A stretch of DNA of 64,000 bases from a virus. Location: positions 48,459 through 112,458 of the IMG/VR virus record IMGVR_UViG_3300033064_006579; one strand, 5' to 3'. The translations under genes and the position numbers were made by a program. Under the pieces are notes generated by a model, which did no database searches, was not told the origin of the DNA, and saw only the letters and a program-made list of their open reading frames with translations. Position 1 is the first letter of the stretch, and the number at the start of each line of letters is the position of its first letter. Below, in pieces: positions 8,997 to 18,922 of the stretch.

Positions 8997-11255
8997 TTAT
9001 GCGCTCCTTATAGCTTGTCGAAAACCTTGACTCTGCTGAAGATTAGTTAAAACCATCTCCATCACCCATTTTTTCCCGTCGAATTTTGCTTCCCCTCTCT
9101 GCTCGGCTTTAACATCCTGGCCCTGATTGACGATATTAATTTGTATATTCGGCCCTCCACCTTTCGGCGTCACTGTTTCTCCACGCTGTAGGATCGCTGG
9201 GAATTCATCGGGCTGCAATCCTTCGTGAAGGCGAGAAGCATTGTCAAAGAGAGATGTTGGCACCATTCTCGTTGGCATCAAAGTCTGCCCGACAACACCG
9301 CCTCTGTGCCCAACAGACGCTGGACTGTAATAATCAGGCATATCCATAGCGGCATAAGATCCGGGAGCACCCATACCGTAGGGGCTCCACCAATCACTGA
9401 CTGCCGTCATGGCAGCCTTCACACCAGCCGACAACACTTTTGATAGCCTCTCGTAAACAACGATCCTCATTATCTCGCTAATGATACTTGAAGCCATCGC
9501 TCTGAAAGCTTCTTTGAAAGACCTTGTCCCCTCTATCCAACCCCTCGTCGCATCAACAAAACTATTCGCGATATTGTCAGAAAACGCCTTCCATTTCCTC
9601 TGCTCTTCCTTCCTCATGTCATCCCAAGCCTTGGCGTAACGCTTCGCCGCCTTTTCCGCTGCCTCAGCCCCCAGATCGCCTTGCATCTTATCAGTATCAC
9701 GAGTGAACTTCTTAGGTTCTTTCTTACTAATGTAAAACGGACTATAAATATCGGTCGTCTCATAAGCCGATTGCAATACCTCTGCTTCCTTTTTAAACTT
9801 GCTGAAACTTTCCCGCGCACTATCGATTGCCTTCGCAAATTTTGCTGGTTGATCGTAAAGAGCAATGGCACTTTTTTCAAGTTCGTCCATCAATTCTGTT
9901 GTTTCTCTAATTGTCTTTTTATACCCTTCGAGTCGAACAATAGCGGCTTTATACGTATCACTGCCTGGCAAGCCATATCTACCTTCCGCCAACCCTTTTT
10001 GGATCGTAGACTCAAATGACATCGCAAGTTCCTGTCTCGTTTGAGCAAGTCCTCTTTGAATAACCTTCCAACCCGCCCACGCCCGCGTAATCTGCTTGTG
10101 CAACCACAAAAAAGCATTTGCTACCGATTCGACAGTAGATAGAAAGGCGTCCTCAATCACCTTAGCATTATCGACCAAAAATTCTGTGATATGGTCGACA
10201 ACCTCGCCGATCGTGTTAAAGGCCGCGATGCCAGCGGATTCAAACGTCTTGAAAAATTTAAGGAACATGGCCTCGATCTTCGACAGCATTGTCTTCCAAG
10301 CGCCCCAGAAGGACTCTCTAATCGCCTCTGCGAGAGACTTTGCTCTCCCCTCTGCTGCGTACATCACATTGATAAACTCAATGACTTCCTCTGATGTCAT
10401 ACTAAAAATCGCAGCCAATTGCCCAGCTCTCGCCCCCAAAATTTTAGCTGCATCTTGAGCAGACATTTTCGCGTCAACCATGTCAAGGATGACATCTGTA
10501 AAATTCCTCAACGAGCCATCTGTTTTCTTTATTATAATACCGTAATCCTCAAGGGCTTCGGCTGCTTTTTTCGATGGATTAAGCATCTTCATCATTGCCT
10601 GTCTAAGCGTCGTCCCAGCAAGTGATGCCTTAATACCTCTGTTGGCAAGAAGACCAACGATGCCAGCAACCTGCTCGATATCCATTCCAAACTGCGTCGC
10701 CATGGTGCCACCATAAATAAATGCCTGCGACGCCTCCTCGATATTAGTGTTCGCCCTCGATTGAACCTGCGCGAGAACGTCCGAAACCCTTGAAAGTTCA
10801 CTGACTTCCATGCCGAATTGGAGGAGGATATTAGTAGCGATGTCAGCCGCCCTACCAAGGTCGAGCATCCCAGCCGTAGCAAGGTCTAACATCTGTGGAA
10901 GAGCTTCGATTGTCTGCCCAGCATCAAGGCCCGCCATACCTAAGAATCTCAACCCCTCTGCGGCCTGACGAGCGGTGAACTCAGTAGTCCTGCCCATCTC
11001 CTCGGCAATGGCGGTCATCTGCTCAAATTCTTTTTCGGTGGCCTGAGTAATCTCCCGCACAAATCGCATCTCTTTATCAAACTTGGCACCGATTACGGCC
11101 GCGGTCAGTACGACCCCTGCGAAGGAGGCACCGATAATCATGGCGTGTCGCTTCACAGACTGAGCGAACTTGCCAACGCTTCTCTGAGCGCCCGCGAGTG
11201 CGGTGGTTAGCCCTACTATATTCCCGCCTACCCTAACCCTGAGATCTTCTTGCAC
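8997..11255 (-). CDS. Tape measure protein (TP901-type core)
   Basis: 752 aa, Ala-rich helical; GRTTEFTARQAAEGL..LGMAG and GIKASLAGTTLR motifs. Confidence 0.95.
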   Translation of the reverse strand: MQEDLRVRVGGNIVGLTTALAGAQRSVGKFAQSVKRHAMIIGASFAGVVLTAAVIGAKFDKEMRFVREITQATEKEFEQMTAIAEEMGRTTEFTARQAAEGLRFLGMAGLDAGQTIEALPQMLDLATAGMLDLGRAADIATNILLQFGMEVSELSRVSDVLAQVQSRANTNIEEASQAFIYGGTMATQFGMDIEQVAGIVGLLANRGIKASLAGTTLRQAMMKMLNPSKKAAEALEDYGIIIKKTDGSLRNFTDVILDMVDAKMSAQDAAKILGARAGQLAAIFSMTSEEVIEFINVMYAAEGRAKSLAEAIRESFWGAWKTMLSKIEAMFLKFFKTFESAGIAAFNTIGEVVDHITEFLVDNAKVIEDAFLSTVESVANAFLWLHKQITRAWAGWKVIQRGLAQTRQELAMSFESTIQKGLAEGRYGLPGSDTYKAAIVRLEGYKKTIRETTELMDELEKSAIALYDQPAKFAKAIDSARESFSKFKKEAEVLQSAYETTDIYSPFYISKKEPKKFTRDTDKMQGDLGAEAAEKAAKRYAKAWDDMRKEEQRKWKAFSDNIANSFVDATRGWIEGTRSFKEAFRAMASSIISEIMRIVVYERLSKVLSAGVKAAMTAVSDWWSPYGMGAPGSYAAMDMPDYYSPASVGHRGGVVGQTLMPTRMVPTSLFDNASRLHEGLQPDEFPAILQRGETVTPKGGGPNIQINIVNQGQDVKAEQRGEAKFDGKKWVMEMVLTNLQQSQGFRQAIRSA

Positions 11256-11287
11256 GCCTATTTACTCCCTTTCTATATCTGAGATCC

Positions 11288-11500
11288 TCATTCGTTTCGT
11301 GGCAACTCCATTTCCTCGCGTTCCCTCTTTATCTTCAAACTCTTGACATATGCAAATAATTGTAATTTTTTTCTTTCTGTCTTCGGCAATCTTAAAAACT
11401 CCTGGTGAGAACATCCTAAGAACTCAGTGCAAACCGACATCTCTGCATACAATTTGGTGGTGGAGTCGAGATCGTTCTCCCCCATCAAATCGGCAAAAAA
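11288..11500 (-). CDS. Tail assembly chaperone extension (gpT-like, made by -1 frameshift)
   Basis: -1 frame ORF between the chaperone and tape measure, entered at T-TTT-TTG. Confidence 0.6.
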   Translation of the reverse strand, partial: FFADLMGENDLDSTTKLYAEMSVCTEFLGCSHQEFLRLPKTERKKLQLFAYVKSLKIKREREEMELPRNE

Positions 11501-12021
11501 TCGTCCTCCTCCGCCTCCTTCCACCTGGTGAGCATCCCAATGTCCCTCACGATTTGAGTAAATTGCTCGCCGCTCAATCCGATGCTCTGGAGAATCTCAA
11601 CCCTCTTGTCATCATTCTCGACGAGATTGCCGCTCTTGTCTTTTAAGGACACGTTGATTCCGCGAAGGACAATCTTGATACCGATATCCGATTCATATTT
11701 AACTCGCTCTTTCAGATACACTTCATCGGCATAGTCCAAAAGGAACACCCATTGTTTTTTTCTGATACCCATATCCCTCGCAATCTGCTTGTCGTCGGGA
11801 TTAGCGGGATCGATAAGACACTTCCTCGTCGGTGGCGTAGGAGCATTTTTTTGCAACTGATCCATCAACTCAGAAATACCGCTCGACCTGATGGGAATCC
11901 TAACGGGTTTCTCGATTCCGCCCTTCGTCACCTTCACGACAGAGTAGCCATCGCTCTGAAAGATCTGCTGCCCCTCCACGATCTCGTCGAGAAGTTCGGC
12001 CCCTTCAATATTATTGCTCAT
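11485..12021 (-). CDS. Tail assembly chaperone (gpG-like)
   Basis: Between tail tube and tape measure; ends in a slippery sequence. Confidence 0.65.
   Translation of the reverse strand: MSNNIEGAELLDEIVEGQQIFQSDGYSVVKVTKGGIEKPVRIPIRSSGISELMDQLQKNAPTPPTRKCLIDPANPDDKQIARDMGIRKKQWVFLLDYADEVYLKERVKYESDIGIKIVLRGINVSLKDKSGNLVENDDKRVEILQSIGLSGEQFTQIVRDIGMLTRWKEAEEDDFLPI
11494..11500 (-). other. -1 programmed frameshift heptamer T TTT TTG
   Basis: GAC GAT TTT TTG CCG fits X XXY YYZ, close to the chaperone stop codon. Confidence 0.6.
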
Positions 12022-12042
12022 TACACGCTCTCCTCTCCTATA

Positions 12043-12636
12043 CTAATTTTGAACGGTTGTTCCACTGGTCATCGAAGTGATTCTTGTCACGTCGCCATAT
12101 ACAAGGCCGGCGGCATTAATTGTAACTTCGTCCTCTCCTTCGTTTACTACCAACTGATCACCAGGGAAGAAAACTTCTCTCCAGCGAAAGCCTATATCAG
12201 TACCAGTACCATCCCAAAGCACCTCGACATCCCATGCTTGTTTAGTCACATCGCTAAACAATGGCGTAGACACCCCGTCGATCATACTCTCACCCTTAGA
12301 GCTATACAAGCGGTGCCCATTAATAGTAACCGGCGACGTCCCGCTCAACATCCTCACGAGATATTGAGTGCTGGTATCATCGATGAGCTTGAAGGTGAAC
12401 GATAATGGTAATGGCACTAATTTCTCCTCGTCCATCCCTTGTCGGTACTCCGCATTGCCATCATACACGCCCCTATCCATTACGAGCGTTTCGGAAGGTC
12501 TTGCCCTCGAAATTGGAGCGTTGAAGCCAGCGTTGACAAAGAGTGCTTGTATGTAGAATGGACCGGTAGCTGGATACGGAGCGGCCGATACTCCACTAAA
12601 TAGACGCAATTCTCCATCTCTATGTTGCAGGATCAT
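12043..12636 (-). CDS. Major tail tube protein, paralogue 2
   Basis: 197 aa, beta-rich; canonical position before the chaperones. Confidence 0.7.
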   Translation of the reverse strand: MILQHRDGELRLFSGVSAAPYPATGPFYIQALFVNAGFNAPISRARPSETLVMDRGVYDGNAEYRQGMDEEKLVPLPLSFTFKLIDDTSTQYLVRMLSGTSPVTINGHRLYSSKGESMIDGVSTPLFSDVTKQAWDVEVLWDGTGTDIGFRWREVFFPGDQLVVNEGEDEVTINAAGLVYGDVTRITSMTSGTTVQN

Positions 12637-12664
12637 GATTTTTATTCCTCCTTTCCATCAAATT

Positions 12665-13252
12665 TTAACATTGAACGGTTGTTCCACTGGTCATCGAAAT
12701 GATTCTTGTCACATCACCATAGACCAAACCACTGGCGGTGATGGTAACCTCGTCCTCCCCCTCGTTTACAATTAATTGATCGCCGGGGAAGAAGACTTCT
12801 CTCCAGCGGAAGCCCAAGCTTACACCGCCTTCCCAAATCGCTTCGACATCCCACGCCATCTTCGAAGTGTCGCTGAATAATGGTGTAGACACCCCGTCGA
12901 TCATGCTCTCGCCTTTCACGCTTCTTAGAACATGACTATTAACCGTCAACGGCGATGTCCCACTCAACATCCTTACAAGGTATTGAGTAGTTGTATCGTC
13001 AATCAGTTTAAAGGTGAACGATAACGGCAAGGGGGCGAGTTTCTCTTCATCCATCCCCTGACGATACTCTGCGTCGACCGTATAATTACCCCTATCCATT
13101 ACGAGTTCTTCCGACGGCCTTGTTCGAGCAATTGGAGCACTGAACCCTGCGTTTACGAAAAGCACCTCCACATAAAAGGGAAATGTTGCCTTTGCAGCAG
13201 TGGTCTGTCCGCTGAGTAGCCTCATCTCTCCGTCCCGGTGTTGTAGAATCAT
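12665..13252 (-). CDS. Major tail tube protein, paralogue 1
   Basis: 195 aa, roughly three-quarters identical to 12043-12636 by eye. Confidence 0.7.
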   Translation of the reverse strand: MILQHRDGEMRLLSGQTTAAKATFPFYVEVLFVNAGFSAPIARTRPSEELVMDRGNYTVDAEYRQGMDEEKLAPLPLSFTFKLIDDTTTQYLVRMLSGTSPLTVNSHVLRSVKGESMIDGVSTPLFSDTSKMAWDVEAIWEGGVSLGFRWREVFFPGDQLIVNEGEDEVTITASGLVYGDVTRIISMTSGTTVQC

Positions 13253-13255
13253 AAC

Positions 13256-13420
13256 TTACCCCTCCTCCCTTCTGCTAACTACCTCAGCGATATCTTTTTC
13301 CTCCACCTCTTCGATTGTGATATCACCATTAGCGATTTCTTTTGCAAGGTCTTTGCTTCTACGACTCGAAAGACCTTTACCCATAAGGATTTCTTTAATC
13401 TTTCCCTCGTCAATTTTCAT
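13256..13420 (-). CDS. Small hypothetical protein (54 aa)
   Basis: Own translation MKIDEGKIKEILMGKGLSSRR...; strong SD GGAGG. Confidence 0.55.
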   Translation of the reverse strand: MKIDEGKIKEILMGKGLSSRRSKDLAKEIANGDITIEEVEEKDIAEVVSRREEG

Positions 13421-13432
13421 TTTGTTTCCTCC

Positions 13433-13912
13433 CTACGTCCATTTTTGTATCCACTCGATCCCAACAGTGTAATTGTACTGGCGAAAATCATCATTTGGAA
13501 TTGGCGAATCTGTTATGATTTCCTTCACCGTTAATTCTTGTAAAACATTGGTAAAATCCTCGCTCGCAAAATCGTAAAAATCTATCTGTGATCCGAGTTC
13601 GAAGTAACCCGCTACGATGTCTCGGATTTGGTAGTGTCTATTCGATTTCGTCGTGCTCTCCGGCTTTACAAATACGTTGAAATTCACTATCGGTTGTGCG
13701 ATCTTTTTTCTCGTACTACTGCTCCTGTGAAGATCCTCCCAATTACCCGTCCCGATGATCCTCACCTGAACCCACTCGTTGTAATCCGCCTCTTCGAAAG
13801 GCACCCCTTCGTAATCAATAGCCAACTGTTCCGTGACGACGAGATTCGCATTGACGTAATTCTCGAGCGACGCCTTGAAATTCTGGTACTTTCCCTCGGC
13901 AGATAAAGCCAC
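13433..13912 (-). CDS. Putative tail terminator protein
   Basis: IDYEGVPF...EWVQVRI pattern; position before tail tube. Confidence 0.6.
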   Translation of the reverse strand: MALSAEGKYQNFKASLENYVNANLVVTEQLAIDYEGVPFEEADYNEWVQVRIIGTGNWEDLHRSSSTRKKIAQPIVNFNVFVKPESTTKSNRHYQIRDIVAGYFELGSQIDFYDFASEDFTNVLQELTVKEIITDSPIPNDDFRQYNYTVGIEWIQKWT

Positions 13913-13913
13913 C

Positions 13914-13987
13914 TATATCCCCCTAAAACTAATTCTCGCCGCTCTAATCGCCACGACAGTAGGTTTTCTTTCTAAAGCAATAGTAAT
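13914..13987. repeat. Dispersed 74-bp intergenic repeat, copy A
   Basis: Identical to 28367-28440. Confidence 0.95.
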
Positions 13988-13998
13988 ATATAGGGTCA

Positions 13999-14502
13999 TT
14001 AAAATCTCATTGCTCCCGCGCCTGGCGTAAGATAGAATTTCTTCCATTCGTCTCTGTATTTCTCAGCCATGTCCTGCGGTAATTTCTTTTTCCCAATCTC
14101 TCTCATGGATACGCGCACCATCCCGTACGCCGCTTGTTTGGAAAATCCGTATTCGAGAAAGACGATATAAGAAACCCCATTGATTATCTCGATATATTTG
14201 TTCATGTGCATCGGTCCGGTGTGATCGGTAAGCCTACCCTCGCTTCTACCCTGCGAAACCTTATCCGTCCTCTCCGTACTGGGGTGCCTCATAGCGACCG
14301 CACGGCCATCTCCGAGTTTATCCATTGCGACAAACCAACCAGCCCTCGCCCTGCCAAGATCTACAGGCATCTTCTTTATGATTCGAGCCACCAGATCGAA
14401 GGCGAATTTCTTCAAAACCAAATCCGTAGCGATGGATGAACCTTTCATAAAATGTCTAATGTGTTTATTAAAATTCTTAGTCTCGACGGTCATCTCGAAC
14501 AT
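13999..14502 (-). CDS. HK97 gp10-like tail completion/neck protein
   Basis: MPVDLGRARAGW, NGVSYIVFLEYG.SKQA..GMVR motifs. Confidence 0.75.
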   Translation of the reverse strand: MFEMTVETKNFNKHIRHFMKGSSIATDLVLKKFAFDLVARIIKKMPVDLGRARAGWFVAMDKLGDGRAVAMRHPSTERTDKVSQGRSEGRLTDHTGPMHMNKYIEIINGVSYIVFLEYGFSKQAAYGMVRVSMREIGKKKLPQDMAEKYRDEWKKFYLTPGAGAMRF

Positions 14503-14503
14503 C

Positions 14504-14887
14504 TCAAGCCGCCTCCCCGAAAATAACATACGCAATTCCGAGCGGGTCCGACTTAATAGCCTTCAAATTATAGGTGTTACCGCTCTCAACGATGAGGTCG
14601 GAGGTCGTCAGTGTATTGCTTACAGAGCTCTGCATAAAAACAAACTTCGCGTCCCCCAATTCGATCCCCTTTTGAATCTCATTCTGCGTCACCACTCCTT
14701 TGATTGCCGATACGCCGGACCAGTCAGTGTAAACATCTGAAAAAACCTGTTTGTCAATGTCGTAGTTGATCGTACTCCCACTCGTGTACTGACGGTATTT
14801 CAATATCGTATTGATACTCGTATCGATGACGACATTATTCACGTCTGCTTTTATTTGAGCCAAATCCGCTGTCGATAGCAATGGCAA
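14504..14887 (-). CDS. Putative head closure/stopper protein
   Basis: 127 aa, beta-rich; position in neck module. Confidence 0.55.
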   Translation of the reverse strand: MPLLSTADLAQIKADVNNVVIDTSINTILKYRQYTSGSTINYDIDKQVFSDVYTDWSGVSAIKGVVTQNEIQKGIELGDAKFVFMQSSVSNTLTTSDLIVESGNTYNLKAIKSDPLGIAYVIFGEAA

Positions 14888-14888
14888 C

Positions 14889-15224
14889 TTAGATTACCGC
14901 CTTGTCGACTATGATCGAGATGTCCTTGCTCTTGTCGATGTTGCTCGTCGACCACTGGATCTTCAGTTCTCCAATGTGGCTCCCAGCCGCTTGAGTCGTT
15001 TGAGAGGCTGCGAGGGCGAGCGTAACGATGCCGTATGCCTCACTGGTCCGTGAAAAATTCGTATCGCTCGCCATTATGACGCTGTAAACCGTCGTCGCGT
15101 GTGACGCCTTGACCTTGAATGTCAGTGTCGAGCCAGCGAGGTTTGCCGCCGATGTCCCACTCGAATCAGTCACGGTGAACGTAATCGCCTTCGCCTCTCC
15201 CTGCTTCCACCTTAGATCCGCCAT
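14889..15224 (-). CDS. Putative virion protein (BppU N-terminal-like Ig fold)
   Basis: QGE...ITFTVTD.SG...NLAGSTL.F pattern. Confidence 0.5.
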   Translation of the reverse strand: MADLRWKQGEAKAITFTVTDSSGTSAANLAGSTLTFKVKASHATTVYSVIMASDTNFSRTSEAYGIVTLALAASQTTQAAGSHIGELKIQWSTSNIDKSKDISIIVDKAVI

Positions 15225-15225
15225 C

Positions 15226-15432
15226 TTATGATACCCCTACTTTAAAATCATTTATTTCCAGCCAAATTTTAGTTTTCTGATCGTGTACCCCTACTTTAAA
15301 AGAAGGGTTCAAAGAAAGCGCGAGCGACATTTCCCGTCGTATAATTTCAATAACGCCTACATGAGAAAATTCCGGATCTGCGCCAAGAGGGATTGAATTC
15401 CGTGGATAATCTCCATATATTATCTTTCCCAT
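15226..15432 (-). CDS. Hypothetical protein
   Basis: Tightly coupled 68-aa ORF. Confidence 0.5.
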   Translation of the reverse strand: MGKIIYGDYPRNSIPLGADPEFSHVGVIEIIRREMSLALSLNPSFKVGVHDQKTKIWLEINDFKVGVS

Positions 15433-16565
15433 TATGCTCCGTCTAAGACAACTGCAGATCTGTTTCCGCTCGAATCAACCGTTTTTACGATTCTATCCTT
15501 TGAATCTGCATTATCTCTGAAAGCGATTGTTGTTGTTCCTCCACCAGAAGCTTTTCCTGCTGCATCAGCCAATAAGATTCTGAGAACCTGTTCTAAAGTA
15601 AGCGCGCCTTCGACAACTCCGGCCAGAATGTTTGCTACGGAAATATCGTTAAGGCCATTGATAGCAGCCGGTGTATCATCCCCCTGAAGTTCATTTGTAT
15701 CTGCTTCAATGGCAATTAGCCTGTTTTCAAGCGTGGTTCCTGTGTCTGTTAGAATCTCGTTTATATCCGCTCCATTATCATTCGCCGTCTGTGCCGTTCC
15801 GTTTACCTCTTTCACATTTACATGAAATCCGGTGGGATCTGCTTGCGATTGGGTTTCAAAATCGTCTATGATTTTTGTAACCGCATCAGCTTTTAATGAC
15901 GCTGCATCAATGACATTAGCCCCGATTGCGGATACAGTAGCGAAAACCGAAGTGGCAATAATCTCCACACTATCCCCGACAGCCATGGTAAAATTGGTCT
16001 GAAGCGGCGCATTATGTAGAGTTACCGTTCTTGTCGCTCCGGTATAATCTGAAATATGCCCTATCGCCTTTTGGATCTTGGTAACCTGATCTGTGACTAT
16101 AATCGTACAGCCATTGTAGGCGTCGTTATCGGCGGAAGCTTCACCCGTGGTAAGGGTAAAGGAAGTTTGGCTTGCCAGTGACTCGATGCTACTCACACAC
16201 ATCTGTCCGGCTACCCGGCGATTTGCTATACTGAAAGTGCCGACGCAAGCATTGACCGTTGCCGCATCAATCGTTGTTCCTTCAACTACTACGGCATAAT
16301 CATGCCCCGCTTCGTAGAAATCGGCAACCGTGTTATCTGCAGTGTCGATGGTGAGCTTGTGGACGCCCACAAAAGTATCAACATCGATATCCACCGCAGT
16401 ACCGGCAGCGTTTTGCCTTTGAGTCAGGCCGTCATCCTTATAGATGTGGATGTCCGTATCAATAAGATTAGTCATGGTGACAGAGGCACTTGGATCGTCC
16501 GAGGTGAACGTATTAAACCAGATAAATACATTCGACCCTACAGCGAAATCTCCCACGTAATTCAT
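15432..16565 (-). CDS. Putative virion structural/fibre protein
   Basis: 377 aa, Thr/Asp/Ala-rich; in late operon. Confidence 0.55.
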   Translation of the reverse strand: MNYVGDFAVGSNVFIWFNTFTSDDPSASVTMTNLIDTDIHIYKDDGLTQRQNAAGTAVDIDVDTFVGVHKLTIDTADNTVADFYEAGHDYAVVVEGTTIDAATVNACVGTFSIANRRVAGQMCVSSIESLASQTSFTLTTGEASADNDAYNGCTIIVTDQVTKIQKAIGHISDYTGATRTVTLHNAPLQTNFTMAVGDSVEIIATSVFATVSAIGANVIDAASLKADAVTKIIDDFETQSQADPTGFHVNVKEVNGTAQTANDNGADINEILTDTGTTLENRLIAIEADTNELQGDDTPAAINGLNDISVANILAGVVEGALTLEQVLRILLADAAGKASGGGTTTIAFRDNADSKDRIVKTVDSSGNRSAVVLDGA

Positions 16566-16745
16566 TTATATTGGCCCCCTTAACGGACCGTATAATGATC
16601 CGAATATTATTCCTGTCGGAGCAGAAATCGTCTGCTCGTGCACCACATAAATTGATCCATCTTCCCACACAGGTGTTACAACTGCCCCTGAAGAGGAGAT
16701 AAGAACAGGTGCTCCATTTATCCACTTTATGTCTTTAACTGCCAT
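16566..16745 (-). CDS. Small hypothetical protein (59 aa)
   Basis: Own translation MAVKDIKWINGAPVLISS...YGPLRGPI; abuts both neighbours. Confidence 0.55.
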   Translation of the reverse strand: MAVKDIKWINGAPVLISSSGAVVTPVWEDGSIYVVHEQTISAPTGIIFGSLYGPLRGPI

Positions 16746-18667
16746 TACTGTGCCCTCGGTATGGGATCTATCCAGACTTCGTCCCCGGCTTGATACTCGC
16801 CGAATTCAAGATCGAAGCTAACCCACCCTTCCGTCGCCTGTGTGAATGTGACTTCTACATATTGTGTCCAATCCGTATCGTTTGCTCTTACATTGATTGC
16901 TGGAGCGTGAGTGGTTTCGGCAGTATTTCCACTGGAGCCCGTATCTAAATAAAAAGCACGTAAAGTCAAATTACCCGCTGTTATCCCGGAATAGGTTGTC
17001 TGCACATAGAAACGATAGGTGTAGGTGCCTGTAGGAAGCCATAATTTTATATCCTCAAAATCAAAGACAAAAACCGGCAAATATTTTGTGCACTTGGATT
17101 GCACTGTAGATACCTCAATGATCGGATTATTCCCACCATCAGAATCTCCATCTGGTCTACCACTCGTATCATCTGCATCGACCTTTATGACTTCGCCCAT
17201 GACCTGAACACTTTTGTGGGTATCCAAGACTTGATCGAAATGTGCAAAATACAACCCTCCGCCGCTGCTGTTTGCTGTATTCTGGCCAGTATAACGATAT
17301 CCAGCGAGAGGGGCTTTACAGTTGATAAAAGCTGATCGACTCCAGTTATAAGAGTAGGATAGCGTCAAGTCCACGGTTGAAGCAGGTCGTGATCTTCCAC
17401 CTGGATCGTAGCCAAATTCACAATTAATAAATCTGGTAGACCCAAGCATTGAACCAAAGAAGAGCGCATATCCCCCGTATATATAGCAATCTCGCATTTC
17501 GATGTTAAATGGCGCATTAGTGCCGTATGTTCCAACAGAAATATCACAGTTGATAAGCGTACAATTATGGGCGCGGTTAAGGGTGTAATTACATCCCTGA
17601 AATTTTGTTCCCGTGCATGTTACAGATTTCGCCGGCATTAATCCAGCGACAGCGTTAGCGCAAATAGAAAACAACCCATCTGTTACTACCGATCCCTGAC
17701 AATTCGCGTGGAGGCCTGTTGAACAAGACAACATAACTATATCTGTAATAGTAGATGCTTTTGACCGAATTCCATTCTGGCAGTTAAAAAAGGAGCAGTT
17801 GACGAAATTTGCACCTCCCCCGGTAGTGGAAATAAAGTATGTGCCTTTAAAATAAACATCATGCAACTCTATATTATCATTTCCGAAAGTATTCCTATTA
17901 TCCATGTAGGGGATGGTGGTAGTAGCAAACGTGCCTATAGTATCGCTTGTGCCGGTACGTAAGAATATAATATTTCTATTAACGTGACCTACATAAGAAA
18001 GCCAAGTATCTCCGACACCGGCATCGCAAGTCACATTACTGTCAATAGTTATCGAAGTACCGCTGAATGACTGAATCGTTCCAACGATAGAATCAAGCAA
18101 GTATCCAGCGGTATACTGCTTAATTAAACGAAAACCGATAATGTCTCCGACATGCCATTTGGCCGACATATCATCGACGGTCTTAATTACCATATCGCCA
18201 TTGGTGTTTTCGGCATCATTAGCAAGTGACGTTATGTACTGAGAACCGTAATAAGCCGGATCTCCATACATATCCACCGATCCGCCTGCGTAAACATATA
18301 TCCCTCGACTACTGGTTACTGTATCAAATTCCAAGGTGGCGGTCACAGAGGCGGCAATCGGGGTTACTGAAGATCCAACTTGCAGCAAACCACCACTTCT
18401 AATAATAATATAGGCACTCCCTGGAGTGCTTCCCAACACAACCCTCGTGTCTATTGTCGTGTCCCAATCGAGCGTTCCATATGTATCAATTGTGAGAAGT
18501 TTGTTACTCTCATTAACGTTATATGTTACCGTATGTCCGACAGAAACGATCGCATCGTCCCCAACAGCTCCAGGCCAATCAGTGCCTTTAACGCCAGGAG
18601 ATGTATTCCCCCATGTTGCTCCATCATTCCAATTACCTGTTCCTGTACTTGTAAAAGTAGCAGCCAT
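16745..18667 (-). CDS. G8-like N-terminal domain plus right-handed beta-helix protein (spike/fibre-like)
   Basis: TSTGTGNWNDGATWG...PG..DDAIV..GHTVTY start; Cys/Asn ladder repeats (NC.F.NC..GI). Confidence 0.6.
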   Translation of the reverse strand: MAATFTSTGTGNWNDGATWGNTSPGVKGTDWPGAVGDDAIVSVGHTVTYNVNESNKLLTIDTYGTLDWDTTIDTRVVLGSTPGSAYIIIRSGGLLQVGSSVTPIAASVTATLEFDTVTSSRGIYVYAGGSVDMYGDPAYYGSQYITSLANDAENTNGDMVIKTVDDMSAKWHVGDIIGFRLIKQYTAGYLLDSIVGTIQSFSGTSITIDSNVTCDAGVGDTWLSYVGHVNRNIIFLRTGTSDTIGTFATTTIPYMDNRNTFGNDNIELHDVYFKGTYFISTTGGGANFVNCSFFNCQNGIRSKASTITDIVMLSCSTGLHANCQGSVVTDGLFSICANAVAGLMPAKSVTCTGTKFQGCNYTLNRAHNCTLINCDISVGTYGTNAPFNIEMRDCYIYGGYALFFGSMLGSTRFINCEFGYDPGGRSRPASTVDLTLSYSYNWSRSAFINCKAPLAGYRYTGQNTANSSGGGLYFAHFDQVLDTHKSVQVMGEVIKVDADDTSGRPDGDSDGGNNPIIEVSTVQSKCTKYLPVFVFDFEDIKLWLPTGTYTYRFYVQTTYSGITAGNLTLRAFYLDTGSSGNTAETTHAPAINVRANDTDWTQYVEVTFTQATEGWVSFDLEFGEYQAGDEVWIDPIPRAQ

Positions 18668-18921
18668 TATTCAATCGCTTCCTTTTCGTCGGTATCAGCC
18701 TTAATTCGAGCTACAATGGATTCAAATCTTGCAATCATGTCTTCAATAGCAGGACGTTCTTTGAATCTTGTAACTACATTATGTTCATCGCCCGTTACTG
18801 TGTCATAGATCGTTACTTGAATCTCACATCCCCAAGGTCGTTGTCTATGGTGATGAGCGAGGTATTTATAGCGGGGGTCTTTTTCGTATATAACTTGATG
18901 ATCGATCGATTGTGATGGCAT
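18667..18921 (-). CDS. Hypothetical protein
   Basis: Start refined to MPSQSID at 18921. Confidence 0.5.
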   Translation of the reverse strand: MPSQSIDHQVIYEKDPRYKYLAHHHRQRPWGCEIQVTIYDTVTGDEHNVVTRFKERPAIEDMIARFESIVARIKADTDEKEAIE

Positions 18922-18922
18922 T

